DNA of 64,000 bases from contig OX597825.1 of assembly GCA_951406725.2 (NCBI GenBank), positions 68,138,001 to 68,202,000 on the forward strand, written 5' to 3'. The stretch is from Octopus vulgaris. Lineage: Eukaryota. The notes under the pieces are model-generated. The model made no database searches and had not been told where the DNA came from. It saw only the letters and a list, made by a program, of their open reading frames with translations. A program made the position numbers and the translations under genes. Of the stretch, positions 36,150-47,965 are shown one piece after another (within the stretch, counting starts at the first letter, position 1; every line of letters starts with the position of its first letter).

Positions 36150-37162
36150 TGTGCATTCCATTTTAACAAAGGATTTGCACATATGGAAAGTGTCGGCAAA
36201 ATTAGTCCCCAAGGTGCTGGCAGAGCAGGATATACAGGATATACCGGATTGTGCAAACCGTGATCCAGACTTCACAAAGACCATCATGACTAGTGATGAG
36301 ATGCGGGTTTATGGTCACGACCCAGAAGCCAAGTTCCAGTCCTCCCAATGGAAGCATTTGGCATCACCAAGACCCAAAATAGCACGACTGGCTCGAAGCA
36401 ATATAAAGATAATATTGACCTGTTTCTTTGACTCCCGTGGTATTATGCATCATGTATACGTATCCGCACCACAAGACCAAACAATCAATAAAGTATGGTT
36501 CCTGAAGGTAATATGTTGCCTTCAGGATGCTATGCTTCGAAAGCGGTCAGACATATGGACGGCAAAGAACTGACAACTTCACCACAACAATGCACTTGCT
36601 TATTCCTCCCCTCCCACTTAATCCAAGCTTTCCTGGTCAAGAACAACACACCACTTGTTCAACATGCTCCCTACTTTCCCAACTCAGTACCCTGTGATTT
36701 GTGACTCTTTCCCAAACTGAAAACCATGCTGAAAGGGAAGCGATTTGAGTCGCAAGAGGAAATTATGAGAAAAGTGACTACGGAACTCCATAGCATTCTA
36801 GAGAAGGCATTCCAGAGGTGTTACCAACAATGGCAGAACCGCTGGGAGAAGTGTGTGAACTCCCAAAGGATGTATTTTAAGGGCGATTAAATAGCATTCT
36901 AGAGAAGGCGTTCCAGAGGTTTTACCAACAATGACAGAACCGCTGGGAGAAGTGTGTGAACTCTCAAAGGGAGTATTTTAACGGCGATTAAGTAGCATTC
37001 TAGAGAAGGCGTTCCAGAGGTCTTACCAACAATGGCAGAACCGCTGGGAGAAGTGTGTGAACTCCCAAAGGGAATGTTTTAAGGGCGATTAAATAAAATT
37101 TGTGAAATGTACAAAATTTTTTTTTCAAGCCCAAAGGTCGGATACATTTTGAATGCACCTCC
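36150..37162 (+). pseudogene. Mariner (DD34D-type) transposase pseudogene, 3' half plus right TIR
   Basis: IMTSDEMRVYGHDPEAKFQSSQWKH..PRPK, CFFDSRGIMH, LHHNNA, HAPYFPNSVPCDL*LFPKLK, WQNRWEKCV. Contains frameshifts and stops. Confidence 0.92.
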
Positions 37163-37354
37163 TATTACAGGTAACGTTTCAAATTTGACTTTTTTTGTCT
37201 CAGATGAAACTGTCACCCCACTTTCATTCTTCCACCCTAACCCTTACATAGGCACCATACCACACATTTTAGATAAACATAAGTATTTCCTATTTTGTGA
37301 GTTTTTACTTTCCTTTTTTTTACATCCAATAGCAAGGACCCATTTAGTGAGATA

Positions 37355-37571
37355 CGAGGGTGTGCTGAAAAGTTCCTGGCTTTAAGGGTCTCATGAAAGG
37401 CCTAGTTGGAGACCCAACCTTCTGAGTTCTTTTACGGGGCTTAGGAAAACTGAAGGACTGCTGCAATCAGTGTATGGATCTGAGAGGGGAATATGTTGAA
37501 TAAAATCATAATTAACTGATCCTCCTGTATTTTCATTTATCCAAAGCCAGGAACCTTTCAGCAACCCCTTG
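37355..37571. mobile_element. Mariner-type MITE
   Basis: TIRs CGAGGGTGTGCTGAAAAGTTCCTGGCTTT / AAAGCCAGGAACCTTTCAGCAACCCCTTG, flanked by TA. Confidence 0.85.
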
Positions 37572-38905
37572 TAGCTTATGACCATACGGGAATCTTTACA
37601 AAGGTGACGCATTAGCAGAGTTGTTAGAACGTGGAATAAAATGCCAAGCAGTATTTGTTCTGATTCTTGATGATCTGGTTTCAGACCTCTCCAATGTCTG
37701 CTATCTTGCTTTTCATTCTTTCAGAGTCGATGATAAAAAAAAGGAGATGGGGGGTATTGGTCTCCAGTATGTTGGTATGAGGAGACGGCGTCATTCAGCC
37801 TCTTTCTTAGCCTAGCCTTTTTATCTATGTCATGAGGGAAGGTTGTGTAGCCGAATGACGTCGTTTACCAATCCCGAAGGATTACCAAAAAGGGCTGACT
37901 TTCAGAATAACTATCTCACAGAAATTGGAAATTCTCCATTCTTTGTCAGAATTTTCACAAATTTTTAAAGAATTTCTGACCGCACCCCCTTCCCCCATCA
38001 TCTGCATCATTATCATCACCATGATCCTCATCAGTTTTTTGTTCCTTCTCAAGCCATGCCTGGCTCATTAGGGCCAGTTTCCCAGTTTCCTTGGCGTATA
38101 GGTTCCCCACCTGGATGGAACGCCAGTCCATCGCAGGTGAGCTGCAAGATGCAGGAGGAAAGAGTGAGAGACAGTTGTGGCGAAAGAGTCAGCAGAAGTT
38201 TGCCATTACCTTCTGCTGGAGCCGCGTTGAGCTTAGGCGTTTCACTCATAAACACACACATCGCCCAGTCTGAGATTCAAACCCACAATCCCTCGACCAC
38301 GAGTCTGCTATTCTAACCACTAGGCTATGTGCCTCCACATTTGCAACAGTACCCACCACTAAAATTTGTTTAGTTTCGGGTTTGAGCGGGGGTGGGTTGA
38401 TTTTTTGTTGTTATTTTTTGTCATTCTATTGTATTCCACATTCTGAAAAACTTGTAACTCGCATCTTTTACTTAAAAATTCTTAGCCCTTTCCTTTATCA
38501 TACTTTTCCCTACTAAAGTGACTTTTTGTTTTGCGAACTTTTTTTTTCCTTCCATTATCATTTTTTCTTTCGTACTTTTGTCTGTCTGTAAGAACATTTT
38601 TTCTTCTATACGACATAAAAATTACATTATGAGAAAAACAAGATTAACACTTATCTGATTTTATCAGTATATGCGTTAATATAATTGAATTTTATATACC
38701 TTTTTTTTTCTTCTTTTGCAGCTACCACACGAGACAAATTCAAATAGAAAGAAAGAAACAGTTTTACTAAGGACAAGACACTATGACAAACTGTTGCTAT
38801 GATAGACAGAAGGGAGAAAAAAAGATAGATTTCTATTTTTTTATAGTCTACTTGTTTCAGCCATTAGGCTGTGGCTATACTGGAGCACCGTCTTGAAGAC
38901 TTTTT

Positions 38906-39314
38906 GGATCTTTTCGGTTTGAACGGCAATTTTTTAAAATAATTTCCACGTAACTAAACACTTTTAAACTTTGTATACTGGTAGAATGTGTTTATAAAAC
39001 ATCTTTTTCTCTTGGTTTTATTGAGAAAATTCTATAGTTTGTAAGATATTTGCTATTTTTTTCTTCAATTTCTGCAATTTCAACCAATCAATGACGTCTA
39101 TTGAGGTGAAAACATTCTGTGCCGTATGAATATGTCCCTCGTTTAAGAAACAGATTGGGTTTATTTACATTTCTGAAGAAAAAAAAATACCCTTCCCCCC
39201 ACCCTAACCCTAAAACAGATTGAAATGCAATAGATCGATACTAGGGTCATAATTATGGGTGACAATTTCATATGACACCACTAGAAATAACTGCCGTTCA
39301 AACCGAAAAGATCT
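38906..39314 (-). mobile_element. GGATCTTT-TIR MITE inserted in a SINE B copy
   Basis: 8-bp TSD gacttttt. Confidence 0.95.
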
Positions 39315-41701
39315 GACTTTTTAGCCGAATGAATCAACCCCTGTATTGTTTTTTTTTTAAAGCTGGTACTTATTATATCGGTTACTTTTGCCAGACTGCT
39401 AAGTTATGGGGATGTAAACACACCAACACGGGTTGTTAAGCAGTGGTAGGGGACAAATAAACACATACACACACACATAAATACAAGCTAAAACACATGC
39501 ATGTTGTTCCCTCACTTGTCTTCGTCTTTTGTTTTCTGTACATTGAAAAATGAATAAATATAACACACACTCACACACATACACACACATATATATATGT
39601 GGTGCCCCAGCATGGCCGCAGCCTTCAGGCTAAAACATTTTTAAGGATTTAAGGATAGTTAATCCAAACATGAAAACACAAAGAGAAAACACAACACGAG
39701 GATGTGAAACAAGTATAGTGTTATTGGACGCTCAGGAAAGGAAAGGAAGAAGGCGGAATTTAACGTTTCGAGCGGAGCTCTTCATCCAGAAACATAGGAA
39801 AAGGAAAGATCCAAGGAAGGGAAGACGGAGGAAAAAAAAAGTCACCAACAATACACATGCAGTCACATAATGAGTTTCTTTCAGTTTCCATCTACCAAAC
39901 CCACTCACAAAGCTTTGGTTGGCCCAATGCTATAGTAGAAGACTCTTGCTCAAGGTGCCATGTAGTGGGACTGAACCCAGAACCATGTGGTTGGGAAGCA
40001 AACTTCTTACACACAGCCACGCCTACGACTATTTTTGATCCTATTATATTTTTCTTTAATTAAAAGATATTCTTTTCTACATTTTAAGCAACTGAAATTC
40101 TCGTTTGATTGATACTTATTTCAAAATTCCAATTTTGTTCTTCATACATCAACTTGAGGTCAGTCGTTGATAAAATATTTTGCAATAGTCACTCTCTCAG
40201 AGAATGTATTTCCCGCCACTGAAACACTTTGGGGGAGGCTTATCAAGAAATATTGGTTTCAAATTTTGGCACAATGCCAGAAGTTTTGGCGAAGGGTCGA
40301 GTTGATTACATCAACCTTCATGCGCAATGGGTACTTATTTCATCAATTTCTAGAGGATGAAAGACAAAGCCGACCTCAGTGGAATTTGAACTCAGAACAT
40401 GAGGACAGATGAAATGTCATTAAGAATTTTGCCTGGCATGCTAATGACTCTGCCAGCTCACTGCCTTGCCTTATCAAAACAAATACTGATTTCAAATTTT
40501 GGCACAAGGCCATCAATTTCAAGGGAGGGGTAAATCGATTAGATCAACCCCAGTATGCAACTGGTACTTATTTTATCAACCTCAAGAGGATGAAAGGCAA
40601 ATTCGACCTCAGCGGAATTTGAACTCAGAATGTAAAGACAGACAAAATACCGCTAGGCATTTCACCTGTTTCTGCCAGCTTACTGTCTTCGAAACAGCTA
40701 ATATTCTTTTCTACTCTAGACACAAGGCCCGAAATTTTGGGGGAGGGGACCAGTGGATTAGATCGACCCCAGTTCACAACTGATACTTGATTTATCGACC
40801 TCAAAAGGATGAAAGGCAAAGTCGTACTGAGCGGAATTTGAACTCAGAACGTAAAGACAAGTGAAATACTGCTGAGCATTTCATCCGACGTGCTAGCATG
40901 TCTGCCAGCTCGCCGCCTTCTTGTCAAGAAATATATTCTTTTCTACTCTAGGCACAAGGCCCAAAATTTTTGGGGAAAGAGCCAGTCGATTTGATCGACC
41001 CTAGTACGCAACTGGTATGACACTCTGAAGGATAGCAGCTGATCGCTATTATCTTGGTGTCTTGAAGGGAAGGATAGCCCATCAGCTATTTTGTCTTTTG
41101 TGGGAAATGAAAAAAAAATGTTATGTAAAACTCAGTGTCATGGGGATTACCTCAGTTTTTACTTCTTTTTGTCTGTACATTGTCGTGGTGAATATTTCTT
41201 GGTTGGGTCTTTAATTACTTGTAATTGCTGGAGATATTGGTTCTGCAAACCGAAATAGTTAGGAACAAGGAAATAAATAGTGTGCCTCTGTACAGATAAA
41301 TCTAGCAGAATGTCAGTAATCAGCCTACAGAATTATGTCCGGACCATACAACACATAGGTAACTTGAGAGAGGTTGCACCACAAGAAGATGAACGAACAG
41401 AGAAACTTCTCAATGCACACATGGGAACGTAATGCAACATTCTCTAGCCCAAAAAATGAACCACACAAAGTTTCCAAGCATTCAGCTATGATGTTCCTAT
41501 GCTGTACGGGTTATGGAAGGACCATAAATCCTTCATTAATGACTTGTTCGGCGATAAGTGCAGGGACAAAATTTGCTTAGGGGTGCAAACACAAGACCAA
41601 CATTGAATGTTCAAAGCATTTTCATTGCCCCACAAAAATTTTTGGATGTGCACTTGCAACCCCTGCACCCATGTTCCCGAGTGATCGTGACTGAAATCTT
41701 T

Positions 41702-42109
41702 GGATCTTTTCGGTTTGAACAGCAGTTTTTTAAAATAATTTCCATGTAACTAAACACTTTTAAACTTCATATACTGGTAGAATGTGTTTATAAAACATAT
41801 TTTTCTCTTGGCTTTATTGAGAAAATTCTATGGTTTGTAAGATATTTGTTGTTTTTTTCTTCAATTTCTGCAATTTCAACCAATCAATGACGTCTATTGA
41901 GGTGAAAACATTCTGTGTCGTATGAATATGTCCCTCGTTTAAGAAACAGATTGGGTTTATTTACATTTCTGAAGAAAAAAGATACCCTTCCCCCACCCCT
42001 AACCCTAAAATAGATTGAAATGCAATAGATCGATATTAGGGTCATAATTATGGGTGACAATTTCATATGACACCGCTAGAAAAAACTGCCATTCAAACCG
42101 AAAAGATCC
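41702..42109 (-). mobile_element. GGATCTTT-TIR MITE
   Basis: 8-bp TSD aaatcttt. Confidence 0.95.
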
Positions 42110-43847
42110 AAATCTTTTAACATATCCCCCGACAAGGTCTAACCAGGAGGCAAACAACAACAAAACAGTGACAACATACCCATCAACTATGACTCTCTTG
42201 GAGGCACCAAAATCTTTTTAAGTACTTAGGGCCTCAATGGGTCTTAATTCAGCCCTACTGGAGACCCTGAAGAAAACAAAATATGATCGAGGCTGAAATC
42301 CTTTGATCATAGATCTGCCAGATAAGGTCTGACCAGGAGGTAAACAACAGCAACAACAGTGGAGGCGCAATGGCCCAGTGGTTAGGGCAGCGGACTCGCG
42401 GTCGTAAGAACGCGGTTTCGCTTCCCAGACCGGGCTTTGTGTGTGTTTATTGAGCAAAAACATCAAAGCTCCATGAGGTTTCGGCAGGGAGGGGTGGTGA
42501 ACCCTGCTGTACTCTTTAACCACAACTTTCTCTCACTCTTTCTTCCTACTTCTGCCACATAGCAGAGGAACCATGGTGTAATTCACTATGGTGTGGTAAA
42601 CTTTCAGACCCTAGTCTAGATTGCGAATCCTCTGTACCCCAGGATGGTTTAGCTCTCCATCCGTTAAAAGCCACCGTTTACAGAATGAGGATAACAACAT
42701 AGCTTTCGCGCCCGTGCAACTGTCAGTCTATCGTGTGTGGTGGGTAGATCTTCAACTTACCACACACATTCTTAGTAGCTTAGAGTAGGCTCGAATTAAG
42801 AGATTATTCTTTGTGGCTAATGGCATGAGCCCTGATTGGAAGAAGAAGAAGAAGAAGAAGACAACAGCAGTAGCAACATCCCCACAAACTACGACTCTGT
42901 CCATGCGAACCAATAGAGCAACCTCTATGTGGTAGCTCGGATCGCTAGAAACTGGAGCCAAATATCTTCCTTAAATAACATCCTACCATCTAAAAGGCTA
43001 AACAAAAAAGATAACAGAACCATTGGATAATATAGTCTTCGATATACTATATCTGAAAATAAGTGTGTTGGGTATATCTGGAATGTCTTTGATCATAGAT
43101 CCACTTAATCGGTACTCACCTAGGGTTAAACAACAGCACCTCTCTTCATATGTTACTTTTACCAACAAATTATCAGACATCGTTGTTGCTACCGTTTAGT
43201 CTCAGGTCACTTTTGATCTATAGCCAAAGCTGTAACCATCACCATCCAGTCTTTGTGTTTATCTAAAACTACATTATTCAATATGTCCTTCCTTTTTCTG
43301 CTTCTTTAATATGCTGCACGATAATCTGATAGACTTTGACTGCTATTTCTAGCAGGTTTAGTGATTACGAGTAGGCTTCATTCAGAGGCTTTTGGTCCAT
43401 CGTCGAACATCGTTTCTGTGTGAGGTGAAAAAGTTGGTTTTTGGTTATTTCAGGAACCGTTCGATAGATTAATCTGCCAACAGACAAAATCCTGGCAGTT
43501 AATGAAATTAATTACGTAGAATGTTAGTATTGTTTACATGAGAGAGAAAAAAAAAACAACAGAAATAACTTTTTATGTAAAGAGAATATACCTCAGTAGT
43601 TGAGCATTTTGACTGAATATCGATAAATGCCTCTGCACTCTTTCTGCTTTTATAGTTCTTTTTCTGTTCATTTCTGCTATTTTGCGTTTTATCCTGTTTA
43701 CTATTAATGCATAATGCCTTATGTAATCGCTTGTATTTATGCATTACATTGCGTAATACTATTTTTATCCTTGGGTAGCAACTGTTATTTCCCATTTGCT
43801 TTCTCCTAGAAAGTATTTTTTTTAAAATGGCTATTGAGCCAAATTCG

Positions 43848-44266
43848 ATGACTGGTACCCGTGCCAGTAGAGCGCTAACAGCTCCATCCGAGTGGGATCG
43901 CTGCCAAAGCAGCTGTCTGGCCTCTGTACCGGTGGCACATAAAAAGCACCATTTGAGCGCGATCGTTACCTGCGTCGCCTCACTGGCACTTGTGCCGGTG
44001 GCACGTGAACAAAACATTCGAGTGAGGTCGTTGCCAGTTCTGGCGGACTGACTCCTGTGCAAGTGGCACATCAAAAACATTATTTGAGCGGGGCCGTTGC
44101 AGCACCGCCAGACTGGTCCTCGTGTCGGTGACATGTAAAAGCACCCACTACACTCTCGGAGTGGTTGGCATTAAAAAGGGCATCCAGCTGGTGCAGCCAT
44201 CGGGTTCGCCAGTCCTCAGTCAAATCGTCCAACCCATGCTAGCATTGAAAGCAGACATTAAATGAT
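43848..44266 (+). mobile_element. SINE-like family D with internal ~63-bp tandem units and a (GAT)n tail
   Basis: Repeated GTGCCGGTGGCACGTAAAAAGCACCAT-like units, then a GGTTGGCATTA..AAGGGCATCCAGCTG 3' block. Other copies at about 27437-27620 (-), 58160-58625 (-) and 59625-60016 (+). Confidence 0.8.
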
Positions 44267-44548
44267 GACGATTATGATGATTCCCTTCAAACTTTGCTTT
44301 TGTTACAATATTAATTCAAACCCCGAAGAATCCCTCTTAACACATGACTATGATGCTCCCCCACTACTCCTGCTCATGATCAGAGATGTACATATTGTCA
44401 GTCATCAAGGGACATGCTCTAAAGTGGTTAAGGTCAAGCAACTGAAAAGCAAATCTGTGGTATTCAGCAGAATATTTGCAATAATGATAGTTCTGCTTCA
44501 GCAACTTAGTGCTGAAACTATCTGATATGTTATGGAAAATAGGTCCCT

Positions 44549-45120
44549 GGATCTTTTCACTTTGACCGGCAGATTTTAAAAATAATTTCTTTGTAACGAA
44601 ACACTTTTAAACTTCGTATACTGGTAGTGTGTTACATAAAACATCTTTTTCTCTAAGCTTTCTTGAGAAAATTCTGTAGTTTGTAAGCTATTTGTTGTTT
44701 AATTTCTTGCATTTCGGCAATTTCAACCAATCAATGACGTCTATTGAGGTGAATACAATATCTGCCGTATTTTGTCAACAACATTTTCTGGCGGTGTCAT
44801 ATCAATCTGTCGCTGTTATTTATGAGAAAAAAGATACCTTGTGGCCATAAACTGAGGGGTCACTCGTAAACAGAGCTGGATAACAAAACCGTTCCTTCTT
44901 TAGTGTCCACCCATAATTATGACCCTAGTATCGATCTATTGCATTTCTAGCTGTTCTAGGGTCAGGGTTAGGGGTGGGGAAGGCTATCTTTTTTTCTTCA
45001 GAAATGTAAATAAACCCAATCTGTTTCTTAAACGAGGGACATATTCATATGGCACAGAATGTTTTTTACCTCAATAGACGTCAGTGATTGGTTGAAATTG
45101 CAGAAATTGAAGAAAAATTT
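44549..45120. mobile_element. Chimeric or truncated GGATCTTT-family MITE
   Basis: A left TIR and arm of the foldback type joined to the body of the asymmetric type. No right TIR seen. Confidence 0.7.
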
Positions 45121-46931
45121 CATTAAAAAATACGAATATTTCTGAAAGTTATGAAGAAACAAAATCAGTTGGGGAATGCTTGTTTAGGTATACCCAATAT
45201 TTATCATAGAACTGTTCGATCCGGGTTGGCTTTTGCCTTAACATCACACAGACACACAAAAACACAGAATAGAAATTAGGCAAGACTTCACCCCACCCCA
45301 CCCCCCAAAACCACGGCTTTGGGGTTGGGGTTCGACACAAACCCCTCCTTTTCGGTTATGGGGAATACAAATCTGCAAAAAAATTGGCAAAAATCGGCAT
45401 TTCTAAATTACCGCCACCTCAACCCCCATTTCCTTTTTTTTTTTTACTTCTTTCAGAAACTTTTTTTTCTTCAAAATATGCGGAAAAATACGGAGATTGT
45501 GATTCTGAAAAAAATTTCAAAAAACCTTTGTAAAATTTTTTTTTAAGAATTTTTTTTTTTTTTTGGCTAAATATGCAGAAAAATACGGACATTATGATTC
45601 AGACAAAAATTTTAAAACATTTCTGTAGTTACGGTTAGGGTTAGGGTTATCGTTAGTGTTGGGGAAAAAGTTAAAATTGAAGAATTTGGAGGGGAAAGTG
45701 GGGGGGAATTTAACAATGCCGATTTTTGGCAATTTTCCGGAACCTCCATATCCGAAAACGGAGGTTTTTGGCAAAAAAAAATTTTTTTAAATAAACAAAT
45801 TTGTGAGAAAATGGGGGCGGGGGGAGGAAGTTTTTCCAGAAATTGTAATATTACCCATTCTAATATATTGGGTCTCATACAATAAGTCATTGTAAGTCTA
45901 AACATGTACTACAATCATCAAGTAGGTAGAAAATCAGTCGGGTGAACGTTCCGGGTTGCTTTTTCTTAAAAGTGTTCTCAAAGCTTAGTGAAACATTGTT
46001 CAAGGGAAATAACTCATCGGAATTTTATTAATATTTTTACAGAAATGTAAAAACAATTAATGTATAAAACATCAAATTATCAAGAGACAGACCCATAACT
46101 GCCTCAGTGAAGAACAAGGGAAAATTTTAAAAAATGGGGTGAAAATAAGCAGTTGAAAATAGGGGATAGGAGAAGTAACGGGTTGTACACCCCAGAACAA
46201 ATGGGATGTTTAGCCGTGCCTCGCGGTCATGGATGGAAAGGCGTTGCCGAGGAGAATGGCCAGCGTCACCCCACCTCACGAGGCTCGTTTCTCCTACAGA
46301 CTGCATTTATCCAGATTTTGCGAAGAAGATCAGCAATGCGGGGTCCGAAAACACCTGAGATCTCGATGGTGACAGATGGCGACCCTGTATTCTATTGATT
46401 TTTTTCTCCTGTGCGGTTATGGGCGGCAACACCCGGATTTGCAGCCGTTGCAACAAGAATGGAGCCGGAGAACATGTCGAAGCAAAACTGATTTTGAGTA
46501 ACTTCCTTGACTAAATTCGTAATTTTTAGTTATTTTAAATCTAAGGAAAGTTGGGTATACCTACTTAAGAACAGTGGTCCCGGTGCGCGTAGTCGCGCAT
46601 CCGCGCTAGCTAGTCGTGTTTTATTTACTTTGTTTAACAAAAATTATTTACTTTGAGTAAAAAAAATTATTTATTTTGCGTTTTATTTACTTTGCTAGGT
46701 AGTCGTTGTAAGATCGACTGGTCACGACTAGCTAGCTTCTTAAGTAGTACCCTACACGGGTGGGCTTGTCCGATTACATCGTCATCAATACTCTTACTTA
46801 TTTTATCGACTTCTAGATGAAGTCGATAAAATAAGGATGAAAGACAAAATCGACCTCAGCAGAATTTGAACTCAGAGCATAAAAATGGATGAAATGCCCC
46901 TGAGCATTTTGTCCGTCGTGCGAATGATTCT

Positions 46932-47437
46932 TATTTCTTAATTGCCCACAAGGGGCTAAACATAGAGGGGACAAAGGGATTAAGTCAATTACATCGACTC
47001 CAGTGCGTAACTGATACTTAATTTATCGACCCCGAAAGGATGAAAGGCAAAGTCAACCTCGGCAGAATTTGAACTCAGAACGTAACGGCAGGCTGCTGTG
47101 TCTGGGGAGAGTCATTTTCTTTTTGTGCCTTACAATGTAACACAATCACTGGTGAAATTTCCACTTATTTCTTCTTTTTATTTTCCTAAAATTTTCGTTG
47201 CGTCTTGGCAACCTTTTCAATAATCAACTATTGAAAAGGTTGTAAGATGCAGCGAAAATTTTAAATTATAAGGCACAAAAAGAAAAAATACTCTCCCTAG
47301 ACACAACAGAATATGCTTCAACACATGAACTCATATAAAGAATCTTACAAACCAAATCCAAAAACGAAATGTAACGGCAGACGAAATACTGCTAAGCATT
47401 TCGCCCGGCGTGCTAACGTTTCTGCCAGCTCGCCGCC
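46932..47437 (-). mobile_element. SINE family A interrupted by a nested palindromic element (~47092-47366)
   Basis: The SINE breaks and resumes at a repeated GTAACGGCAG. Confidence 0.8.
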
Positions 47438-47848
47438 TAAAATATTTTTTATCAATTTTGTTACTTTCGAAATAAATTGAAAGAAACACAATGTATTTCA
47501 AATAAATGTAACAAAAGTGTTCCCTTTCGATCGTGTCATCATTCGTACAATAATCATTTATCTTCTTTTTTTTTTTTTTAATTATCATATACAAAGTTTC
47601 AAACTTTTCTTTACCTACTGAAGTACTTTTCTACATTTTTCACACCTCTCTCTAACTCTCTTTCTTAGTATTTAATTTCCCTCTTAAAAAGAAAGCTAAA
47701 TATCCCACTCAAAGGTAGGATATTTTATGCTAGTAAATAGGTAGACTAATTATTATGAAGCCCTGAGCCAGCCGTCAGTCACGCTTGCCTTACTTTCTCA
47801 GTCATTGATTGAATGTGTATAAAGGGAGGCAATTTTTGTTTTCACGGC

Positions 47849-47861
47849 GTCGCCTAGCAAC
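47849..47861. promoter_or_regulatory. RFX X-box motif
   Basis: GTCGCCTAGCAAC fits GTNRCC-N(0-3)-RGYAAC and lies about 105 bp upstream of the WDR27 ATG in unique sequence. Confidence 0.65.
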
Positions 47862-47965
47862 AAAGATAAACTTTTATCGGTTTAGTTAGAACGTAACTCC
47901 GTTCAATAAAATTGTTTTCTCTTGTGACACCGATGGAAATATATTAACTGAGATATTTCAGGAAA

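Noticed and set aside
43508-44134. 208-aa minus-strand ORF
   Set aside because: It is made of the antisense of family D tandem units plus AT-rich flank, with no protein features.
43848-44145. CRISPR-like repeat/spacer appearance
   Set aside because: Whole units are homologous (no unique spacers), they sit inside a dispersed eukaryotic retroposon, and there are no cas genes.
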